A DNA stretch of 16,000 bases from Chthoniobacteraceae bacterium. Its GTDB lineage: Bacteria; Verrucomicrobiota; Verrucomicrobiia; Chthoniobacterales; Chthoniobacteraceae. Numbering within the stretch: position 1 is the first letter of the stretch; every line of letters begins with the position of its first letter. This document shows positions 8,197-14,026 of this stretch, piece by piece. The stretch is taken from contig JANNWY010000245.1 in assembly GCA_031409335.1 (NCBI GenBank), forward strand, positions 22,202 to 38,201. The letters run 5' to 3'. The position numbers and the translations under genes were made by a program. The notes under the pieces were generated by a model. It made no database searches. It had not been told where the DNA came from and saw nothing but the letters and a program-made list of their open reading frames with translations.

Positions 8197-8856
8197 TCAG
8201 AGTGATCGAGTCTCCGCGCGAAGCCAAGGCTCCGCTGTGCCAAGGCTCGCGGTCTGGCTGAACAATTCCTCCGCCCGCCGCGCGATCGTTTCCAAGTTCA
8301 CAACCATGCCGCACTCGCGCTCGACGCTGGTCATTTCCACGCCCGCGATCCCGCACGGCGTGATGCACGCAAACGGCGCGAGATCGCCGCACACGTTCAG
8401 CGCGAAGCCGTGCATCGTGATCCAGCGCCGCACACCCACGCCGATCGACGCGATCTTCTTTCCGCCGACCCATACGCCTGTAAGCCCCACGCACCGCTCG
8501 CCAGCGACGCCGAATCCCGCGAGCAGCGCGATGAGAAAATCTTCGAGCGCGCGCAGATACCGATGCAAATCCTGACCGCGCGGTTTCAAATCGAGAATGG
8601 GATAGCCGACAAGCTGCCCGGGGCCGTGATACGTCGCCTGCCCGCCGCGATTGATCTGCACGACGGGATGCGGCAGGCGCGTGGCGTCGAGTAAGCTCGA
8701 TTGATCCGGCGTGCGCCCGATCGTGTAAACCGGGTCGTGTTCCAGCAGCAGCAGTTCGTCTTCCGTCGCCGCGTCCGCGATTTTGCGCGCCACGATTTCT
8801 TCCTGAAGCTCACGCGCTTCCTCAAACCGCACGCGACCCAGCCAGCGCACGATCAT
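8197..8856 (-). CDS. lipB: Lipoyl(octanoyl) transferase LipB
   Basis: The 219-aa product carries the LipB hallmarks 'LLLLEHDPVYTIGR', 'INRGGQATYHGPGQLVGYPILDL' and 'KKIASIGVGVRRWITMHGFALNV' (catalytic Lys region), followed by 'ITPCG'. Its start overlaps the ruvC stop in an ATGA overlap at 8853-8856. Confidence 0.92.
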   Translation of the reverse strand: MIVRWLGRVRFEEARELQEEIVARKIADAATEDELLLLEHDPVYTIGRTPDQSSLLDATRLPHPVVQINRGGQATYHGPGQLVGYPILDLKPRGQDLHRYLRALEDFLIALLAGFGVAGERCVGLTGVWVGGKKIASIGVGVRRWITMHGFALNVCGDLAPFACITPCGIAGVEMTSVERECGMVVNLETIARRAEELFSQTASLGTAEPWLRAETRSL

Positions 8857-9356
8857 ATCCGCTCCATCACGTTTAACCCGCGCCCCGCCGCCTCGGCGGT
8901 CTGGAAATGCGTGAGCCCGATCGCCAGCGCATCCGCGGCATCGGCGGAAGGAGTTTCCGTGAGGCCGAGGAGCGCCCGCACCATGAAGCCGACCTGCCCC
9001 TTGTCCGCGCCGCCGCGCCCGACGATCGACTGCTTCACTCGGCGCGGCGCGTATTCATAAATCGGGAGCCCGCGCCCGGCCGCAGCGAGCAGCGCCGCGC
9101 CGCGCGCCGACCCGAGCGTGATCGCCGTGCGAAAACTCTGCACATAGATCACCGCCTCGAACGCCGCGCATTCGGGCCGGTGCTCCTCGATCAAATCGCG
9201 CACTCGTTCATGAATCGCGACGAGGCAACCCGACGGCAGCAGCGCCGGTTTGTTTTTGATCGTGCCGAAATCGAGCACACGCACCTTGCGATCGAGCTTT
9301 TCCAAAATCGCGAAACCGGTGCTGCGCAAAGACGGATCGACAGCGAGGACGCGCAT
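8853..9356 (-). CDS. ruvC: Crossover junction endodeoxyribonuclease RuvC
   Basis: The start is the ATG at 9356 ('MRVLAVDPSLRSTGFAILE...'). The product is 167 aa. It has the RuvC pattern: the DPS catalytic Asp, '...FEAVIYVQSFRTAITLGSARGA...', 'KQSIVGRGGADKGQV' and 'DAADALAIGLTH'. Confidence 0.9.
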   Translation of the reverse strand: MRVLAVDPSLRSTGFAILEKLDRKVRVLDFGTIKNKPALLPSGCLVAIHERVRDLIEEHRPECAAFEAVIYVQSFRTAITLGSARGAALLAAAGRGLPIYEYAPRRVKQSIVGRGGADKGQVGFMVRALLGLTETPSADAADALAIGLTHFQTAEAAGRGLNVMERI

Positions 9357-9414
9357 GGAAAAATTCGATAAAAGCGGCGGGTGAGCCGGTAGCTGAAACC
9401 TTGGCAATGCCACG

Positions 9415-9990
9415 ATGCAAGTGTATCCGTCGCACATGGCCACTCTGACGATCGATCTTTCCTCTCAGAAAAAACAGACCGTCTTCAATTTGCGACGTTG
9501 GGAGCAATTGCGCACCGATCCGCTGATCGCGCAGGAACTTTCCAAATTTGAAGGCCGCGTCGAAACCAACCGCCACGGCCACATTATTATGTATCCACCG
9601 CCAGGATTTTCTCACGGAGGCTATCAGTCTGAAATTGCCCACGTTCTGCGGACCTTGCTCCCGGAAGGCAAGGTCGCTACCGAGTGCCCGATCTCGACTG
9701 TCGATGGCATGAAAGGCGCCGATGTCGTCTGGATTTCGCGCGCGCGCGCCACAGCCGTCATGAGGAAAAACTGCCTCACGAAAGCGCCGGAGATTTGCGT
9801 GGAAGTTCTCTCGCCTGACAATTCACGTCGGGAAATGGCGGAAAAAAAGGCGCTGTATTTCGCCGCGGGCGCGAAAGAGGTCTGGTTTTGCGACCGGGAT
9901 GGAGTGATGACCTTCTTCATCGGAGCAGCTTCGCGCGGGCAGAATACCTCGAAGTTTTGCCCGGAGTTTCCACGCCGGATTCAGTTCTAA
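9415..9990 (+). CDS. Uma2-family (DUF820) putative endonuclease
   Basis: The 191-aa ORF has an alternative start at 9436 (MATLTIDL). '[25 protein letters not shown]', '[10 protein letters not shown]' and '[37 protein letters not shown]' match the PD-(D/E)xK-type Uma2 layout. My hand-counted samples give about 47-55% GC, against about 75% in the one ruvC sample I counted. Confidence 0.8.
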   Translation: MQVYPSHMATLTIDLSSQKKQTVFNLRRWEQLRTDPLIAQELSKFEGRVETNRHGHIIMYPPPGFSHGGYQSEIAHVLRTLLPEGKVATECPISTVDGMKGADVVWISRARATAVMRKNCLTKAPEICVEVLSPDNSRREMAEKKALYFAAGAKEVWFCDRDGVMTFFIGAASRGQNTSKFCPEFPRRIQF

Positions 9991-10793
9991 ATCGCGAGTT
10001 GGAATCGCGGATTCTGCGATAGAAAGCGCATCGGATTTCCGTAAATCAGCGCGTCGATCGTTTCCTCGGAATGTCCGCGCTTGCGCATTTCCTGCCCCGT
10101 CTTCGGCACCGCGAGCGGGTCGCTTTTCCCCCAGTCGCACGCGCTGTTCAGCCACACCCGCTGGCCGCCGTACACTTCATACATGTCGATCGCGCGCGCC
10201 GGTGTGCTCTTCGATTCCGGGTAAAGCGTGATGCCCGCCCAGAAGCCTTCATCGAGCACCATCTTGATCGTGTGCTCCTCTACATGGTCGATGATCGTGC
10301 GACCTGGCTGGATGCGCGCGTCGGCTTTCAGCGCGTCGAGGATGAGCCGCGTGCCTTTGCGTTTATCCTCCAGATGCGGCGTGTGGACGAGGATCATCTG
10401 GCCGTGCCGCGCCGCGAGGTCGATGTGTTGTTCGAGCACTTTCAGCTCGTTGCGCGTGTTTTTGTTCAGCCCGATTTCGCCGATGCCGAGCACGTTTGGG
10501 CGTTCGAGAAAATGCGGGATGATGCTCAGTACTTCGTCCGCGAGCCTCATGTCCTCGGACTCTTTCGGATTGATGCAGAGCCAGGTGAAATGCGGCAGCA
10601 AAAACTTCGCAGCGCGCTTCGGCTCATAGTCGGTGAGCTGGCAAAAGTAATCGTAAAATCCCTGCACCCCGCTGCGATCGAAGCCCGCCCAAAACGCCGG
10701 CTCGCAAACCGCGCGGCACCCCGCGAGGACCATCGCTTCGTAGTCATCCGTCGTGCGGCTGACCATGTGACCGTGTGGTTCGATGTAGCGCAC
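9987..10793 (-). CDS. TatD-family metal-dependent hydrolase
   Basis: The 268-aa ORF starts at a GTG (10793). It has the N-terminal HxH motif 'YIEPHGHM', 'LGIGEIGLN', 'MILVHTPH' and a late 'DHVEE...'/'NSACDWG' region, consistent with the amidohydrolase/TatD TIM-barrel metal ligands. Its stop overlaps the Uma2 stop by 4 nt (convergent). Confidence 0.8.
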   Translation of the reverse strand: MRYIEPHGHMVSRTTDDYEAMVLAGCRAVCEPAFWAGFDRSGVQGFYDYFCQLTDYEPKRAAKFLLPHFTWLCINPKESEDMRLADEVLSIIPHFLERPNVLGIGEIGLNKNTRNELKVLEQHIDLAARHGQMILVHTPHLEDKRKGTRLILDALKADARIQPGRTIIDHVEEHTIKMVLDEGFWAGITLYPESKSTPARAIDMYEVYGGQRVWLNSACDWGKSDPLAVPKTGQEMRKRGHSEETIDALIYGNPMRFLSQNPRFQLAI

Positions 10794-10800
10794 GCGGTTA

Positions 10801-10828
10801 GTTGAAAGTTGAGAGTTGAAAGTTGAGA
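10801..10828. repeat. Exact tandem duplication of the 14-mer GTTGAAAGTTGAGA, equivalent to four GTTGARA heptads
   Basis: 10801-10814 and 10815-10828 are identical, read directly. The repeat lies between the stop of the 92-aa ORF (10836) and the GTG of the TatD-like gene (10793). The plus strand has no C from 10796 to 10829, so the minus-strand mRNA leader is G-free. Confidence 0.95.
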
Positions 10829-10835
10829 GCCACGG

Positions 10836-11114
10836 CTAGTGATTGGTTGCTTCCGCGGCATTCCACGCACCAGCGGCACCTTTGCCCGGAGCTTTCTCGA
10901 TCGGCTCGGTCGTCGGATCGCTCAGCGAATCGAGCACTGATTTTGCGCGTTCGGGAGTGTTGCGGTGCAATTCCTCCAGCGCCTTTCGCAGCGCATCGAG
11001 TCGGAAATCCGGCGCGCCTTCCGCGCGATCCACCCGATCGAGGAAGGCCGCGAGGTCGATCAGCTTCGACCGCGCATCCATGAAATAGAGATCGAGGATT
11101 TGCTGGCGCGTCAT
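10836..11114 (-). CDS. Small (92 aa) helical, acidic hypothetical protein, co-oriented with the TatD-like gene
   Basis: The ORF runs from the ATG at 11114 to a TAG stop. Its GC3-rich codon usage matches the neighbouring genes. The competing plus-strand ORFs (10823..11083 and 10843..11088) are Arg/Ser/Ala-rich shadow frames. I recognise no family. Confidence 0.6.
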   Translation of the reverse strand: MTRQQILDLYFMDARSKLIDLAAFLDRVDRAEGAPDFRLDALRKALEELHRNTPERAKSVLDSLSDPTTEPIEKAPGKGAAGAWNAAEATNH

Positions 11115-11162
11115 GATTGAAAAATGCTCGCGGGTGACGCCTGGCGCAACCGTCTTGAAACA

Positions 11163-11194
11163 ATGCAGCCCCGGAACGGATTCCGGGGCTGCAT
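11163..11194 (-). terminator. Intrinsic terminator hairpin downstream of the cytochrome b562-like gene
   Basis: A perfect 14-bp stem ATGCAGCCCCGGAA / TTCCGGGGCTGCAT has a 4-nt loop. On the minus strand it is followed by TGTTTCAAG. A second small hairpin, GGCGAA-agcg-TTCGCC, lies at 11210-11225 just after the stop codon. Confidence 0.6.
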
Positions 11195-11227
11195 CAAATC
11201 AGTGAACCGGGCGAAAGCGTTCGCCGT

Positions 11228-11656
11228 TTATTCGTCGTCGGCTCCGAAATCCTTGTGACCTTTTTCTTTTTGCTCGGAGAGTTTGTCGAAGAGCGCCTTC
11301 GCATCGTCCGCTTTGCCAGCCGTCAATGCCGCCTCGATCTCCTCAAAAGTCTTGTTCAGCTCGGTGAGCTGCTTCTTGTATTTTTCAATGTAGGCCGCCT
11401 TCTCCGCCTCTGGGATCTCCTTCGTCTTTTTCGGTTCGAGCTTCGTCGCTTCCGCGATCGCCGTCTTGATCTTGCCGATCAATCCGACGTTCTCGTCTTT
11501 CTTGGTGGCGTCGGCGATCTGGCGCTTCAGCGTCCGGAGCGCCTTGTTCATGCCGGACATATTCTTGGCAAGCGGCGTGTCGTCTTCCGCGCGGACGGTC
11601 GCTTGGAAGCCGATGGCGAATGCAACGAGGGTGGTGAGGAATGCTTTGAGTTTCAT
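11228..11656 (-). CDS. Secreted cytochrome b562-family four-helix-bundle protein
   Basis: There is a signal peptide (MKLKAFLTTLVAFAIGFQATVRA/ED). The mature N-terminus 'LAKNMSGMNKALRTLK' parallels E. coli b562 'LEDNMETLNDNLKVIE' (Met ligand). The C-terminus 'LSEQKEKGHKDF' parallels '...TTRNAYHQKYR' (His ligand). The length and Lys/Glu-rich helical character also fit. Confidence 0.7.
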   Translation of the reverse strand: MKLKAFLTTLVAFAIGFQATVRAEDDTPLAKNMSGMNKALRTLKRQIADATKKDENVGLIGKIKTAIAEATKLEPKKTKEIPEAEKAAYIEKYKKQLTELNKTFEEIEAALTAGKADDAKALFDKLSEQKEKGHKDFGADDE

Positions 11657-11960
11657 AGATGAGTGGAGGTGGAGTGTTGTGACAGCCGACGCGAATCGCC
11701 AGCCAATAGTGCTGATAATGACGCAGCGACCATTTCATTAAGTCAAAATTTCTTCGTGCATGCTGGCGACGGCGGGATCGGGCGGGCCGACATCCGATTG
11801 CCTCCGCTTCACCCCAATCCTGGGCCATCTCACGGACAAACTGTTTTCGTCATCGCGATTTCGCCTCATCTCATCACGCACTCGCAGACGCCCCCATGCA
11901 CTTTCACTGCAATGCCGTTCGTCGTGTTCTGATCAGCTAACCCCAAAACAAAAATACAAA

Positions 11961-13406
11961 ATGAAACTCACCCGTCCCCTCCTTGCACTGCTCGCCGCGC
12001 TGAGTCTCGGCGCGGCTTCCGTGCGCGCCGATTCCGTCGTCACCGACTGGAATGACGTATTCCTGCAAGCCGTCCGCACCGTAAAGTTCGGCCCGCCGCA
12101 GACGGCGCGTGCTGGAGCCATCCTTCACACCTGCATCTTCGACGCGTGGGCGTGCTACGATACGAACGCCGTCGGCACCCAATACTTCGGCTACCTCCGC
12201 CGGCCCGCGGTCGAGCGCACCGAGGCAAACAAGAAACTGGCGATTTCGTATGCGGCATATCGCGCGCTCGTCGATCTCTTCCCGACTCAGACCGCTGCCT
12301 TCGACGCAGCGTTTGCCTTGCAAACTGGAGGAGCCGATCCTGCGAATGCCTCGACCGACATCACTACCCCGACTGGCATCGGCAATGTCGTTTCCACTGC
12401 CGTCCTGTTCGAGCGGCACTACGATGGAGCGAACCAACTCGGCGACCTTCACGCCGGAGCCTACACGGACTACACTGGCTACGTTCCGGTAAATGCGCCG
12501 CACAATCCCGCAGCGCCCGGCGAAACAATCGCCAACCCCGATCACTGGCAGCCGCTCGTATTTCATCTCCCAAATCTCACGACCGTGACCCCCGGCTTTC
12601 TCGTTCCGCATTGGCAGAACGTCACGCCATTCGCGCTGGATTTTGCGGGCCAGTTTCGCCCGATCCCGCCCGCGAAACGCTCTGTCAATCCAGCGCTCTA
12701 TCGTGAGCAGGCCGAACACATCATCCGCGTCACGGCCAACTTGAACGACGTGCGGAAAACGATCGCCGAATACTGGGCGGATGGACCCGCATCGGAAACG
12801 CCTCCGGGTCACTGGAACCTGCACGCGAAGTTTGTCTCCCATCGCGACGGCTACACGGTGGACCGCGATGCGATGCTCTTCTTCGCGCTGAACAATGCGC
12901 TGCTAGATGCCTCGATTGCGACTTGGGAATGCAAACGCTTTTACGATTACGTGCGTCCCATCACAGCGATTCATTTTTTGAAAAGGGACAGGATGATCCC
13001 GACCTTCGACGGCGGCATGGTGCTCGGGCAAAACTGGAAACCATTCCAACCCGATTCCTTCCTCACGCCACCCTTCCCGGAATACTCCTCGGGCCACAGT
13101 TGCTTCAGCTCGGCGGCGGCATTCATCCTTCGCACTTTCACCGGCAGCGATGCCTTTGGTGCATCCGCGACGCTCGCTGCCGGATCGTCGAAAATCCAGC
13201 CGGGCACCGTCCCCGCGGCGGCCGTGATCCTCTCGTGGCCGACCTTCACTTCGGCCGCAAATGAAGCCGGCGTTTCCCGTCGCTACGGCGGCATCCACTT
13301 TGCGCAGGGCGACATCGCTTCGCGCGTGCTCGGCACGCAAGTGGGCGCGACCACTTGGGCGAAGGCGCGCAAATTCATCCGTGGCACCGCGAATCCGGGG
13401 GACTGA
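11961..13406 (+). CDS. Secreted PAP2-superfamily / vanadium-dependent haloperoxidase-family enzyme
   Basis: The real start is the ATG at 11961 (MKLTRPLLALLAALSLGAASVRA/DS signal peptide). The ORF-track extension back to 11760 looks non-coding. All three PAP2/V-HPO motifs are present: 'KRFYDYVRP' (K-x6-RP), 'PEYSSGHS' (PSGH) and 'SRRYGGIHFAQGD' (SR-x5-H-x3-D). Confidence 0.85.
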   Translation: MKLTRPLLALLAALSLGAASVRADSVVTDWNDVFLQAVRTVKFGPPQTARAGAILHTCIFDAWACYDTNAVGTQYFGYLRRPAVERTEANKKLAISYAAYRALVDLFPTQTAAFDAAFALQTGGADPANASTDITTPTGIGNVVSTAVLFERHYDGANQLGDLHAGAYTDYTGYVPVNAPHNPAAPGETIANPDHWQPLVFHLPNLTTVTPGFLVPHWQNVTPFALDFAGQFRPIPPAKRSVNPALYREQAEHIIRVTANLNDVRKTIAEYWADGPASETPPGHWNLHAKFVSHRDGYTVDRDAMLFFALNNALLDASIATWECKRFYDYVRPITAIHFLKRDRMIPTFDGGMVLGQNWKPFQPDSFLTPPFPEYSSGHSCFSSAAAFILRTFTGSDAFGASATLAAGSSKIQPGTVPAAAVILSWPTFTSAANEAGVSRRYGGIHFAQGDIASRVLGTQVGATTWAKARKFIRGTANPGD

Positions 13407-13409
13407 CAC

Positions 13410-13472
13410 GATCATCACTTTCCGGGAGGGGGGAAGCGGCGCGTCCGGTGAAACGGGCGCGGCGCGATGATT
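13410..13472 (+). terminator. GC-rich structured element just 3' of the PAP2-family gene (possible U-tract-less terminator)
   Basis: The outer stem is GATCATC (13410-13416) / GATGATT (13466-13472), closed by one G-U pair. The inner 8-bp hairpin is CGCGTCCG (13440-13447) / CGGGCGCG (13454-13461) with a GTGAAA loop. No U-run follows, so the terminator call is weak. Confidence 0.25.
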
Positions 13473-13564
13473 CATATCGGATACGGGAATAATTCCGGTA
13501 GAGCCATCTCTATAGGAAGTGCCCTTGCACTGAACAGAGCTGCGCCGCCGTGGTCTGCTCGACA

Positions 13565-13578
13565 CCCAGCTAGCTGGG
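13565..13578. promoter_or_regulatory. Perfect 14-bp palindrome CCCAGCTAGCTGGG upstream of the small-protein/beta-barrel operon
   Basis: The palindrome was read directly. It is flanked by TCTGC (13554-13558) / GCAGA (13586-13590) and lies about 100 nt upstream of the ATG at 13679. It could be an operator or an RNA hairpin; its function is not established. Confidence 0.3.
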
Positions 13579-13678
13579 CCGGAATGCAGATGCGCGTTCA
13601 TCCGCAGTTTCTCCCGGCAGCAAAAGCGACAAGAAACTCGTTACAAAACCAAACCCACAAACCGAACCAACCAGACCC

Positions 13679-14020
13679 ATGAAAATAATCATCATCCCCG
13701 TGCTCGCGTTCGCCCTCACCGGCTCCGCGCTTGCATCCGGCAGCGCACCAATGCGGCCACCGCGCGTTCCAAAAGACATGACGCCCGCGACAAGCGAAAT
13801 GGACGCCACGCGTTACGCCCTCGGCAAAGCCGTCTTCACCGGCAAAGCCGTGCGCACCGCAAACCCATCCGCCGCAACGCAGCAAAAGATGCGGCTTACG
13901 CAACTCGCCAGTGCCATCGGCAAAGACGGCGCATCGCTCCCCGCGCTCGCGGGCCAGCTCAGTGGCGAGCAGATGGAGGCGCTGAATTACTACACGTCGA
14001 AGCGTTTTGGAACTAACTAA
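13679..14020 (+). CDS. Small exported protein (113 aa), cytochrome-c-like layout but lacking Cys and His
   Basis: There is a signal peptide (MKIIIIPVLAFALTGSALA/SG). The ORF is preceded by a G-poor CA-rich leader and followed 6 nt later by the beta-barrel gene. 'YALGKAVFTGKAVRTA' and 'LPALAGQLSGEQMEALNYYTSKRF' resemble class I cytochrome c segments with the heme ligands replaced. Confidence 0.7.
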   Translation: MKIIIIPVLAFALTGSALASGSAPMRPPRVPKDMTPATSEMDATRYALGKAVFTGKAVRTANPSAATQQKMRLTQLASAIGKDGASLPALAGQLSGEQMEALNYYTSKRFGTN

Positions 14021-14026
14021 CCTGAC

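Noticed and set aside
8192-8494. N-terminal extension of the GST-like ORF (track start 8494) overlapping lipB
   Set aside because: The 101 extra residues are Arg/Gly/Asp junk antisense-frame to nothing and overlap the lipB 3' half. The ATG at 8191 starts the conserved 'MSVTLYELAHSPFC' GST N-domain 5 nt after the lipB stop.
7319-8575. 418-aa plus-strand ORF spanning the intergenic palindrome and running antisense to the GST-like and lipB genes
   Set aside because: The translation is Arg/Pro/Ala-rich and low-complexity with no recognisable motif. The opposite strand encodes unmistakable LipB and GST-like proteins. It is a typical shadow ORF of GC-rich DNA.
9415-9990. Uma2 endonuclease as part of a defence system or restriction-modification module
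   Set aside because: No methyltransferase, ATPase, helicase, toxin-antitoxin partner or other defence-associated gene is adjacent. Uma2 genes are frequent stand-alone genes, so a system-level claim is unsupported.
10801-10828. Possible CRISPR-like repeat
   Set aside because: There are only two directly abutting 14-nt units with no spacers, and no cas genes in the window. It is a simple tandem duplication.
11760-11960. N-terminal extension of the PAP2-family ORF given in the ORF track (start at 11760)
   Set aside because: The extension ('MLATAGSGGPTSDCLRF...') has no coding character. The internal ATG at 11961 is followed immediately by a textbook signal peptide and preceded by a G-free leader, so 11961 is the likely start.
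13420-13540. Cobalamin-riboswitch-like fragments (GGGAAGC...GGTGAAAC...; TTGCACTG resembling the B12 box GCCACTG) upstream of the small-protein/barrel operon
   Set aside because: The pieces are in the wrong order and spacing relative to the consensus. The CCCGC...CUGU core and a proper GCCACUG box are missing. Only a covariance-model scan (Rfam RF00174) could rescue this, and by eye it does not fit.
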